A stretch of 38,028 bases of DNA from Elusimicrobiota bacterium (GTDB taxonomy: Bacteria > Elusimicrobiota > Elusimicrobia > UBA1565 > JACRDR01): contig JACQPK010000402.1 in assembly GCA_016207565.1 (NCBI GenBank), forward strand, positions 1 to 38,028, read 5' to 3'. The notes beneath the pieces are model-generated. The model had not been told where the DNA came from. It saw nothing but the letters and a program-made list of their open reading frames with translations, and did no database searches. This document shows positions 1-8,674 of the stretch, one piece after another. The position numbers and the translations under genes were made by a program. Each line of letters starts with the position of its first letter. Within the stretch, counting starts at the first letter, position 1.

Positions 1-1218
<1,218 letters not shown>

Positions 1219-1228
1219 CGGATTCGCT

Positions 1229-1275
1229 AGTATAGCAAAGGCGAGCTTGACAAGCCTGCGGGCCGTTGCTAAGAA
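1229..1275. promoter_or_regulatory. Divergent sigma70-type promoters for secA and the 1282 ORF
   Basis: Minus strand: TG-c-TATACT (1234-1229), 10 nt before the secA ATG. Plus strand: TTGACA (1247-1252)-N17-TAAGAA (1270-1275) with extended TG, 6 nt before ATG 1282. Confidence 0.6.
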
Positions 1276-1281
1276 AGGACC

Positions 1282-1821
1282 ATGATGACGCTATTTGCGC
1301 TCCTCGCGGGCGCCGCGCTCGCCGCCGACACCACCGCCGCCAAGCCCGCGCAGGAGATGACGGCCGTCTTCGAGCTGTCGGTCCATATCCTGAAGCAAGG
1401 AGACGTGCAGAAGGTCTACGAGAGCATCGTCCGGCGCCTGAGCGACGCCGGGGGCGTGCAGGCCCTCACGGGCCGCCCGGACATGATCGCGTTCTCCTTC
1501 GGGCGGGGCCGGGTCCCCGAGCTCCGCAAGCGTCTCGAGAAGGGCCTCGCCTCGGTCGCCTCGGTCGGCCTCATGCGAGGCAAGGCCGAGAAGCTCGCCC
1601 CGACGTTCGAGGAGCGGCGGGCGCAGGCCCAGAGCGAGATCAAGCTCCTGAACGCCGAGCGCGAGAAGATCTCGGAGGCGCTCGCCAAGGCCCCCCTGAT
1701 CGACGCCTACGTCAAAGAACAGCTCCGGCAGCTCGGTTCGATCGACCCAGCGAAGGAGGAGCGGCAAGGCATCCTGCTCGTGATCGTCGACGGCGCCGAC
1801 CCGCCGGGCCCGCTCAAGTAG
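1282..1821 (+). CDS. Exported hypothetical protein with a coiled-coil-like middle (weak DUF4349-like resemblance)
   Basis: Signal peptide [15 protein letters not shown], high GC3 codon usage and an upstream promoter. Confidence 0.7.
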   Translation: MMTLFALLAGAALAADTTAAKPAQEMTAVFELSVHILKQGDVQKVYESIVRRLSDAGGVQALTGRPDMIAFSFGRGRVPELRKRLEKGLASVASVGLMRGKAEKLAPTFEERRAQAQSEIKLLNAEREKISEALAKAPLIDAYVKEQLRQLGSIDPAKEERQGILLVIVDGADPPGPLK

Positions 1822-1827
1822 CTCGCC

Positions 1828-1856
1828 TTGACAAAGGCCGGCGCCGCTGTTACCCT
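1828..1856 (+). promoter_or_regulatory. Sigma70-type promoter of the pilin gene
   Basis: TTGACA (1828-1833)-N17-TACCCT (1851-1856) with extended TG. ATG follows 10 nt later with no SD. Confidence 0.7.
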
Positions 1857-1866
1857 GACGGCGTCG

Positions 1867-2367
1867 ATGAAACGTCGTCCTACCGGTTTCACCCTAATCG
1901 AGCTGCTGGTCGTGTGCCTCATCATCGGGATCCTCGCGACGATGGGTCTCAGCCAGTACGCCAAGAGCGTCGAGACCGCCAAAGCCGACGACGCCTTCGC
2001 CTTCACGCAGAGCATCGCGGCCGCCAACCGCATGTACGCCCTCGACCATGGCGGCCGCTACCTCACGGGCACGCTGACCGTCGCCGACTGCCCGACGGGC
2101 GCCGCCGACGACTGCCGGACCAACACGAGCGCGTGCAGCCTGATGTGGTGCGGCTATCTCGCCCGGCAGGACCTCATGCCGAAGCCCTACACCTTCTGCG
2201 CCGGCGACGCCGCCACCGAGTGCGGGGCCGCTTGCGACGCGACGATGGTGGCTTGCTCCCTCCGCAAGTCGCCCGCCTCCACGCCCTACAGCACGTGGGG
2301 GTATACCGTCACCCGGCAGGGGGTCTCCACCGCCTCGGACCCCTCGAATATGCCGGCCGTTCAATAA
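1867..2367 (+). CDS. Type IV pilin (prepilin N-terminal cleavage/methylation domain) with Cys-rich head
   Basis: MKRRPTG|FTLIELLVVCLIIGILATMGLSQYAKSVETAK is a class III signal with Glu5. The globular part has 8 Cys. Confidence 0.92.
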   Translation: MKRRPTGFTLIELLVVCLIIGILATMGLSQYAKSVETAKADDAFAFTQSIAAANRMYALDHGGRYLTGTLTVADCPTGAADDCRTNTSACSLMWCGYLARQDLMPKPYTFCAGDAATECGAACDATMVACSLRKSPASTPYSTWGYTVTRQGVSTASDPSNMPAVQ

Positions 2368-2400
2368 GCTGTAACTTTTTCGCCTCCGCCGTCTATAGGT
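2368..2400 (+). promoter_or_regulatory. ECF-sigma-type promoter, copy 1 (upstream of the Hint protein gene)
   Basis: GCTGTAACTTTTT-N10-GTCTATAGGT, with a near-identical copy at 4205-4237. The -35 AAC and -10 GTC/GAC pattern is typical of ECF promoters. Confidence 0.75.
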
Positions 2401-2434
2401 TGGTGGAAGGCAGGCGCAGGAAGGAGAAAAGTCA

Positions 2435-3544
2435 ATGAAAATAAAGACATTGCTGAGCGCCATCGGGCTCATGTTCGGTCTTTATGGGGTCGCGGCCGCC
2501 CAACTGAGAGGCTCCGCGAGCATCACGGTGCAGGAGTCGAGCGCGCTGGGGCCCACGGGGTGCAACGTCTGCGGCAACGGGTGTTCCCCGGGCAACATGC
2601 GGTCGACGGGCGGCTGGGCCTATGTCTCGCCGTCTGCGTCGGCCGATCCGCGGTGGCCGATCACCGGCATCACCGTCCAGCAGCGCTTCGGCGGTTACGG
2701 CCGCTCCTACGCTTCCTGGGAGACCCAGAACGGCAACTACCAGCAGAGGGCGCTTCCCGACGGCGATGGCTCGCCTTGGCGCGCGGAGCTCTATCGCAAC
2801 ATCAGCAGCTCGTACTGGTGGGGGTATTACCAGTACCGGGCGGTCTGCACCAACGCGGGGGGCAACCTCATCAGCTCGGACGTCTGGGAGAACATCGTCT
2901 CCTGCTTCCTCAAGGGCACGCCGATCCTGATGGCGGACGGGACCTATAAGAAGATCGAGGAGATTCAGATCGGCGACCAGGTGCTCTCCTACGATACCGA
3001 GAATAAGAAGTTCATCCCCAGCGGCGTCGTCAACACCGTGCAGGCCGTCTCGGAGAAGTACTACGTCGTCAACGGCGAGCTGAAGATCACTCCGGCCCAC
3101 CAGCTCTACGTCAACGGCGGCTGGCTCAACTCCGAGTACATGAAGGTCGGCGACACGCTGCTCGGCGAGGATGGACAGCCCGTCACGATCACGTCGCTCG
3201 TGGAGGTCACCGAGACCGTGCCCGTGTACAACCTGATCACCCAAGCGCCGCACGACTTCTTCGCGTCGGGCTTCCTGGTGCACAACATCAACCCGGGCGC
3301 GGAGCACAAGGACCACGGGTTCGGCAAGGGCACGAAGATCGCGCTCGCGGACGGCCGGGTCGTGCCGATCGAAGAGGTCAAGGTCGGAGACAAAGTCGTC
3401 TCCTACGACACCCAGAAAGGGCGCTACACGATCTCCAAGGTCTTGGGCGCCGGCTCGCAGACGGCGAAGAAGACCAAGCTGATCAACGGCACGCTCCGGG
3501 TCGGGGCGAAACAGCCGATGTTCGGCATCGCGAAAGGAAAGTAA
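2435..3544 (+). CDS. Secreted protein: signal peptide, beta-rich N-domain, intact Hint (BIL/intein-like) domain and degenerate N-terminal half-Hint
   Basis: SD AAGGAG and a Sec signal. Hint1 spans aa157-284: CFLKGTPILMADG...TPAH...VYNL...FFASGFLVHN. A second copy at aa295-369 starts GFGKGTKIALADG and stops just after the block B region. Confidence 0.92.
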   Translation: MKIKTLLSAIGLMFGLYGVAAAQLRGSASITVQESSALGPTGCNVCGNGCSPGNMRSTGGWAYVSPSASADPRWPITGITVQQRFGGYGRSYASWETQNGNYQQRALPDGDGSPWRAELYRNISSSYWWGYYQYRAVCTNAGGNLISSDVWENIVSCFLKGTPILMADGTYKKIEEIQIGDQVLSYDTENKKFIPSGVVNTVQAVSEKYYVVNGELKITPAHQLYVNGGWLNSEYMKVGDTLLGEDGQPVTITSLVEVTETVPVYNLITQAPHDFFASGFLVHNINPGAEHKDHGFGKGTKIALADGRVVPIEEVKVGDKVVSYDTQKGRYTISKVLGAGSQTAKKTKLINGTLRVGAKQPMFGIAKGK

Positions 3545-3573
3545 CGTAGCCGAACGAGATCCTTCCGTGAAAC

Positions 3574-3605
3574 AGGGGCAGGTCCTCCCACGAGGACCTG
3601 CCCCT
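3574..3605. terminator. Perfect 14-bp stem-loop without U-tract between the Hint gene and the ECF sigma gene
   Basis: AGGGGCAGGTCCTC-ccac-GAGGACCTGCCCCT. Confidence 0.5.
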
Positions 3606-3614
3606 CGCGTCTCG

Positions 3615-4211
3615 ATGGAAGCGGGCCCCCGAGAGCACGACGAAGACGTCCGCCTGGTTCGCGCCGCCCAGAAGGGCGACGCCGACGCCTTCCGCCGGCT
3701 CATCGAGCGCCACCAAGACCCGGTCTTCGACCTTTGCCTGCGAATGCTCGGCAACCCGCAGGACGCCGAGGACGCCGCCCAAGACACCTTTCTCGCTTTT
3801 TTCCGGCACCTCCGGTCCTACCGGGAGGACCACAAGCTCTCCAACTGGCTCTACACGATCGCGCTCAACCGCTGCCGCCGGCTCTTGCGCAAGCGAAAGC
3901 TGCTCCGGCTGCTGTCGCTCGACTTCTCTTGGGGAGACGAGAACGAGCCCGCCGCGCTCGAAGCCCCGTCCGAGGAGAAGCTCCCGGAGGCCGGCCTCGA
4001 GCAGGCGGAGGCCGAGCGGTGGGCCGCGAAAGTCCTGGCGAGCCTGCCCCCCACCCTCCGCGAGCCGTTCCTTTTGCGCCACGTGAAGAAGATGCACTAC
4101 GAGGAGATCGCGGCCGCGATGAAACTGTCGCTCGCCAACGTCAAGGTCCGCCTCCACCGGGCGAAGCTCTTCCTGCTGAAGCGCTTCGGACCCGGCCCCT
4201 CCGGGCTGTAA
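3615..4211 (+). CDS. ECF-subfamily RNA polymerase sigma factor (alternative start GTG 3567)
   Basis: Region 2: GDADAFRRLIERHQ...DAEDAAQDTFL...LSNWLYTIALNRC. Region 4: LASLPPTLREPFLLRHVKKMHYEEIA...NVKVRLHRAK. Confidence 0.95.
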   Translation: MEAGPREHDEDVRLVRAAQKGDADAFRRLIERHQDPVFDLCLRMLGNPQDAEDAAQDTFLAFFRHLRSYREDHKLSNWLYTIALNRCRRLLRKRKLLRLLSLDFSWGDENEPAALEAPSEEKLPEAGLEQAEAERWAAKVLASLPPTLREPFLLRHVKKMHYEEIAAAMKLSLANVKVRLHRAKLFLLKRFGPGPSGL

Positions 4212-4237
4212 CTTTTTGGGGATTTCGGACTATAGGT
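4205..4237 (+). promoter_or_regulatory. ECF-sigma-type promoter, copy 2 (overlaps the sigma stop codon, upstream of the anti-sigma candidate)
   Basis: GCTGTAACTTTTT-N10-GACTATAGGT, with the same spacing as 2368-2400. Confidence 0.72.
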
Positions 4238-4253
4238 ATCTAGAAGCGACGCC

Positions 4254-4733
4254 ATGGACAGCGGAAAGATAAGTAAGAACAAGGATTTCTTGCTGGCGCT
4301 CGAGCGGTTGTTCGACGGCGCTCGGCCCCATCCCGCGCCGACGCATTTCGCGGACCGGGTCTTGGACCGATGGCGCGAGGAGCCGTCGTGGACGATGGCC
4401 ATGCCCGCGGCGGTCGTCATGGCCTGCGCCACGCTGGCGCTCTTCTTCGCCCTGGGCCGCGCACCGCAGGCGCAGCCGCAGATTCTCGCCTTCGGGTTCG
4501 ACCGGGAATCGATCCCACTCTACCAGCCGGTCACCCTGCGCTGGAAGGTGGCGCACGTCACGCGGGTCCAGATCAAGGTCACGGCGGACGGGGCCATCCT
4601 CAAGGATATGCCGGTGGCTCGGCCGGTGGAATCCGGCGAGCTGACCATGAGCATGAGCCTTCCCGGCCGCTACGGCTTCGAGCTCATCGCCCACACCCCG
4701 CACGGCGCCATCACCCACCGGTTAGGCCGTTAG
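4254..4733 (+). CDS. Putative single-pass anti-sigma factor with an extracytoplasmic Ig/PKD-like domain
   Basis: Lies directly after the ECF gene. It has a short N-domain with APTHFADRVL, a TM segment (MPAAVVMACATLALFFAL) and a beta-rich PQILAF...VTLRWKV...VQI...YGFELIA tail. Confidence 0.72.
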   Translation: MDSGKISKNKDFLLALERLFDGARPHPAPTHFADRVLDRWREEPSWTMAMPAAVVMACATLALFFALGRAPQAQPQILAFGFDRESIPLYQPVTLRWKVAHVTRVQIKVTADGAILKDMPVARPVESGELTMSMSLPGRYGFELIAHTPHGAITHRLGR

Positions 4734-4739
4734 GCGGCA

Positions 4740-4768
4740 TTGACACCCCGTCGGGGGGCTGTTATATT
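4740..4768 (+). promoter_or_regulatory. Sigma70-type promoter of the fibre/minor pilin operon
   Basis: TTGACA (4740-4745)-N17-TATATT (4763-4768) with extended TG. Confidence 0.75.
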
Positions 4769-4797
4769 TCAGATAGCGCTTGCGAGGGCCGTCCAAC

Positions 4798-5205
4798 ATG
4801 GTCACGCATGAGATCACCCTTTCGTTCACCGTCACCCCTTCCCGCGTCCGCCTGGTCCTGGCGGCGGCGCTTTTAGCCGTATTTCCCCAGGCCTCCTCCA
4901 CCCAGGACGTGTCGACCATGGAGCTGTACTACCCGCCCCCCATCACCGCGGTCGACCAGCTCTACGCCGCCGGCACGACCGTGTTGGCCCGGGATTTCGG
5001 CAACGTCTTTCTCGGGCCGGCCAACGCGGGAGGCACCCATCCGCCCGCCTTCGTCGCGATCGCCCCAGCGAACTCGAGCCCGGCTTTGGCCGCGAACCGC
5101 GACATAGGCATCTTGGTTAACGGCACGATGCGGGTCGACGGCTGCATCAGCCTCAAGAACGCCGGCGCGGGCAACGAGAATCTATGGCGGTGCAAATTCC
5201 GATGA
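4798..5205 (+). CDS. Exported fibre-like protein, paralogue 1
   Basis: EITLSF..PSR plus a hydrophobic segment, then YYPPP, TVLARDFGNV and ILVNGTMRVDGCI...WRC. ATGA overlap with the next gene. Confidence 0.75.
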   Translation: MVTHEITLSFTVTPSRVRLVLAAALLAVFPQASSTQDVSTMELYYPPPITAVDQLYAAGTTVLARDFGNVFLGPANAGGTHPPAFVAIAPANSSPALAANRDIGILVNGTMRVDGCISLKNAGAGNENLWRCKFR

Positions 5206-5675
5206 ACAAGAAGGTGCACGAGCTGACGCTCGAGCTGAGGCTCGCGCCCCGGCCTCGCTGGGCCGTCGTCGCGCTGGTGGCCCTGTGCTTGGCGCTGCCG
5301 CCCAACGCGGGAACGGGCGAGAACTGGGGCACGACCGGGCCGGACGGAGGCGCCAACTACCATCCCGTGCCCTCGGGAGTGGTCACCCAGCTTACGGTGA
5401 CCGGCAACTCCGCGCAGGCGGCGTGGCCGGGGAATCCCGTCACCGAGATCGGCTACCAGCCGACGGTCGTGCTGGGACGCGGCGGAACGGGAACGGACAG
5501 CCTGAACCCGCAGACCGTGGTCCTCAATCCCGGCGGCGCGTTCTTCACGGGCATCGGCTTCCCGGCCGCCGGGACGACCGTGCCCACGCAGCACCTCCAC
5601 GTGCGCGGCCACGTGAAAGTCGCCCAGTGCATCTGGATCGGCAGCTCGGCACGCTGCGCGGGCGACTGGCAGTAG
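5202..5675 (+). CDS. Exported fibre-like protein, paralogue 2
   Basis: ELTLELRLAPR plus a hydrophobic segment, then YHPVPSG, TVVLGR and GIGF...LHVRGHVKVAQCIWIGSSARCAGDW. Confidence 0.75.
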   Translation: MNKKVHELTLELRLAPRPRWAVVALVALCLALPPNAGTGENWGTTGPDGGANYHPVPSGVVTQLTVTGNSAQAAWPGNPVTEIGYQPTVVLGRGGTGTDSLNPQTVVLNPGGAFFTGIGFPAAGTTVPTQHLHVRGHVKVAQCIWIGSSARCAGDWQ

Positions 5676-5683
5676 GGGCCTCC

Positions 5684-6874
5684 ATGGAGCGCGAATTCCG
5701 CCTCCGCCTCCGCCTCCCCCGCTCGACCGCTCAGGCCACGCTCGTCGCCGCTCTCCTCGCCTGGCCGGGCTCGGTGCTTTGTCCGGTGCAGCAGACCGCC
5801 GTCATGGTCGGCTACCTCGCGGACGAGGCCCGCCCGGTGACGACGAACTTCCTGGCTTCGAACCAAAAGACCGTGCTCGGCGCGAGCGGCCACGTCATCA
5901 TGGTCCCGGGAGACTGCTACCCGGCCCGGAACACGACCGTTTACGGCTGCGGGGCGGCGCCGGGCAGCCCCAACCCGACCACCTGCGGCACCCGAGTCAC
6001 GGCCAGCCCGCTCAAAATGCCCGCCTCGGGCGGAGCCGACTACAACAATTCCGGCACGGGCAGCCCGAGCTGCTACAACCCCGCGTGCAACAGCGGCAGC
6101 ACCTGCACCGCCAACAGCGCGGTGCCGCTCCGGCGCGTCTACGCGGTGAACCGGGCGAAGCCGGTGTCTCAGGCCGACGTCGGCAGCCCGGACATCCTGC
6201 GCGTCGACGGCGACATCCGCGTCAACCGCCTCTGCTTCTGGGACGAATGCCGGACGGATTGGCCCTTCGAGTTCCAAGACTGCTCCGTCGGCGGCTGCAC
6301 CCCCGAAAACTCCGACTGCATGCCGGACGGGACGCCGCCGCCCGCGTGCCAGACGAGCGGTACGCGGGGACAGATCCGGACGGTCACCTACAACTGGTCG
6401 ATCCCCGGCTCGACCGCGGCCGCCGGGGTCGATAGCCCGTGGGTGTTCCGGTTCGGGATCGTGGGGAACAACGCCGGCGTGACCGGCGGCGACAGCTGCA
6501 CCGGCTCGCCGGTCGGCTGCGAGATCGGTTTTCCCCTCCCCCAGTCGAGCCCGCCGGCGGGCTACAGCTACCCGTCCGTGACCTCGGGCAGCCGACCCGA
6601 CTCGAAGGCCGCCGAGCCGTCGACGTGGCAGCTCAACACGACCATGACCGTCAACCAGGGCTCCGGGGCCGTGACGCTCACGATCCGCTGCCGCATCTGG
6701 TATCCGCCGTCGGAGTTCAGCCAGACGAAAGGCAAGTGCGAGATCATCATCCCGATCCAGACCGTCGCGCAGTCGGTGAACACCTACAACTTCTCGCCCA
6801 CGTCGTTCTGCCAGGAGCGCTACCTCACGAGCGACGAGCGCTACGCGGCCTGTCCGGTGGTGGTGGCCCCGTGA
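5684..6874 (+). CDS. Exported Cys-rich fibre/adhesin-like protein, paralogue 3, with a C-terminal beta-rich head
   Basis: EFRLRLRLPR plus a hydrophobic segment, then KTVLGASGHV and ILRVDGDIRVNRLCFWDECRTDWP. About 19 Cys. GTGA overlap with the next gene. Confidence 0.78.
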   Translation: MEREFRLRLRLPRSTAQATLVAALLAWPGSVLCPVQQTAVMVGYLADEARPVTTNFLASNQKTVLGASGHVIMVPGDCYPARNTTVYGCGAAPGSPNPTTCGTRVTASPLKMPASGGADYNNSGTGSPSCYNPACNSGSTCTANSAVPLRRVYAVNRAKPVSQADVGSPDILRVDGDIRVNRLCFWDECRTDWPFEFQDCSVGGCTPENSDCMPDGTPPPACQTSGTRGQIRTVTYNWSIPGSTAAAGVDSPWVFRFGIVGNNAGVTGGDSCTGSPVGCEIGFPLPQSSPPAGYSYPSVTSGSRPDSKAAEPSTWQLNTTMTVNQGSGAVTLTIRCRIWYPPSEFSQTKGKCEIIIPIQTVAQSVNTYNFSPTSFCQERYLTSDERYAACPVVVAP

Positions 6875-7374
6875 GCCGCCGGCGGCGACGGAACGGATTC
6901 ACGCTCATCGAGATCTGCGTTGCCGCGCTCTTGATCGCGATCGGCGCGACGGCGCTGTTCGCGGTCGCGCTGTCGACGCGGAGAACGGTCGCGGTAAGCC
7001 CGCTCCGCGAGCAGATGAACCAGTACGCGCGGCTGCTGTCGGAGAGCCTCAAGGGCTACGTCACGGCGTGCCTCCCGGGCGCCGTGTCCACCGCCTGCCC
7101 GGCGTCGATCACCGACGCCGCCCGCAACGCGGGCGCGCCGCACGGCACGTGGGCCCTCAGCAAGCCCGACGGGACGGACTGCGGGACCGACGGCTACAAC
7201 TGGGCCCTCGACGCGGCGGACGCCGACAATCCCCACGACGCCTCCTGCTTTCTTCCCGCCGAGCTGACGTCGGCGCCTCCGGACGGCGCCAACGCGACCC
7301 TCAAGTACACGGTGGCGGTCGCCGACGGCGCCCGGAAGTTCGAGATCATCATGGCGTGGGAGGAGCCGGACTGA
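6871..7374 (+). CDS. Minor pilin/pseudopilin, PilV/GspI-like
   Basis: GTG start coupled to the upstream stop. MSRRRRRNG|FTLIEICVAALLIAIG; C-terminal FEIIMAWEEP strand. Confidence 0.85.
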   Translation: MSRRRRRNGFTLIEICVAALLIAIGATALFAVALSTRRTVAVSPLREQMNQYARLLSESLKGYVTACLPGAVSTACPASITDAARNAGAPHGTWALSKPDGTDCGTDGYNWALDAADADNPHDASCFLPAELTSAPPDGANATLKYTVAVADGARKFEIIMAWEEPD

Positions 7375-8174
7375 TGGCCTCTCCGGCTCTCGCTTCCGAA
7401 GAGGGCTTCTCCATGATCGAGCTCATGGTGGTCGTCATGCTGATGGCGGTCATCATGCTCGGGCTCTTCTCGCTGCAGGACGCGCTGCTCCAGCAGCGAG
7501 GCCGCATCCTCCGCAACGTCGCCGTGCGCAACCAGAACGATCTCGCGCGGCGGACCATGCTGCGCGAGCTCGCCTCGGCGACGGTGGTCCTCGAGCCGCA
7601 GACCGGGATGGCGAGCGACAACATCGTCGGCTGGAAGAACCTCGATCCCTCCACGATCATCTGCTGCGGCGCCACGACCTACTCGTGCATCTCGTGCGTG
7701 CCGAGCGCGACGAACCTCCGGACGAACGCCCCGAACCCCGCGACGTGCACCTGCGGGAACCTGGGAACCGAGCCGGCCCGGGCGCTGTCGACCACGGGCG
7801 CGGGCGACGAGGCCCTGATCCAGTGGTTCCGGTTCTGCTTTGACGACACGGTCGCCGACGACGCCAACCGGACGCCGCGCATCGTCTATTACAGCGGCAC
7901 GGGATTCAATGCAGGGGGCGTCTTGCCGGCCGACGCGACCGAGATCTGCGGCGATGGCGACGCGGCCCAGCCGATCGGGGGGTTCGACGGAGTCTCGATC
8001 GCGAAGACCGGAGCAAGCCTCTTCAGCCGTCCGCGCCACAACTGGGTCGATATCAATTTTTCCGCGTTCGTCGAGCGGCCCGTTCCGTCCACGGGGCAGG
8101 TCGAGACGGCCAAGGCCGAGACGCATGTCGGAGTCACGCTGATGACCGGCAACATCGCGTCGGCGAGGTGGTGA
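7374..8174 (+). CDS. Minor pilin/pseudopilin, PilW/GspJ-like
   Basis: TGATG coupling. EEG|FSMIELMVVVMLMAVIMLG followed by a long helix ending MLRELASA. Confidence 0.85.
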   Translation: MASPALASEEGFSMIELMVVVMLMAVIMLGLFSLQDALLQQRGRILRNVAVRNQNDLARRTMLRELASATVVLEPQTGMASDNIVGWKNLDPSTIICCGATTYSCISCVPSATNLRTNAPNPATCTCGNLGTEPARALSTTGAGDEALIQWFRFCFDDTVADDANRTPRIVYYSGTGFNAGGVLPADATEICGDGDAAQPIGGFDGVSIAKTGASLFSRPRHNWVDINFSAFVERPVPSTGQVETAKAETHVGVTLMTGNIASARW

Positions 8175-8599
8175 TGCGAAGCGAGCGCGGCGTGGTCCTG
8201 GTGCACGTCATGATCCTCATCACGCTCATGGCGTGGCTCGCGTCCATGTTCCTCAGCTCCGTGCTTTCCCGTCAGATCAACGCCAAGCAAAGCATGAAGA
8301 GCTCCGAGGTCCGCGCCGCGATGAACGCGGCGGCGGCCCGGATCACGAGCTGCCTCGCGAGCGTGGGGTTTCCCGTGGGAACCACGTGCGCCAGCGCCCT
8401 GCCGGTCTCGCAGGAGGCCGCCTTCCAGGCCTGCCACGGCGGCACTTCGCCCACGGAGTTCACCATCGCCGACACCGACAGCCTCGCGGTGCGGCCCGTC
8501 ACCTTCGCCATCTGCGCCACGCCCGCGAACCCGCCCTGCCGGTTTCGCATCAACGTTTGCGAGCCGGGGGACACCTGCCCGGCGCCGACCTGCCCTTAA
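8174..8599 (+). CDS. Minor pilin/pseudopilin, PilX/GspK-like
   Basis: TGATG coupling. MRSERG|VVLVHVMILITLM lacks Glu5, the PilX/GspK hallmark. Cys-rich. Confidence 0.8.
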   Translation: MRSERGVVLVHVMILITLMAWLASMFLSSVLSRQINAKQSMKSSEVRAAMNAAAARITSCLASVGFPVGTTCASALPVSQEAAFQACHGGTSPTEFTIADTDSLAVRPVTFAICATPANPPCRFRINVCEPGDTCPAPTCP

Positions 8600-8627
8600 A
8601 CAATCTAGGACCATGGTCCTAGATTGT
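8600..8627. repeat. 28-bp perfect spacerless palindrome
   Basis: ACAATCTAGGACCATGGTCCTAGATTGT. Confidence 0.95.
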
Positions 8628-8652
8628 CCACCGGTGGATAAGCTGTGGATAA
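8624..8652. promoter_or_regulatory. Cluster of three DnaA-box-like 9-mers
   Basis: TTGTCCACC (8624-8632), GGTGGATAA (8633-8641) and a perfect TGTGGATAA (8644-8652), followed by an AT-rich tract. Confidence 0.6.
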
Positions 8653-8674
8653 CCCGAATACCCTATATTTTTAC

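Noticed and set aside
2903-3286. Canonical splicing intein or mobile intein
   Set aside because: The +1 residue is Ile, there is no homing endonuclease, and the host is a secreted protein, so a BIL/Hint auto-processing domain fits better.
3558-3574. parS site (CGTGAAACA)
   Set aside because: Only the right half matches TGTTTCACGTGAAACA and it is not palindromic.
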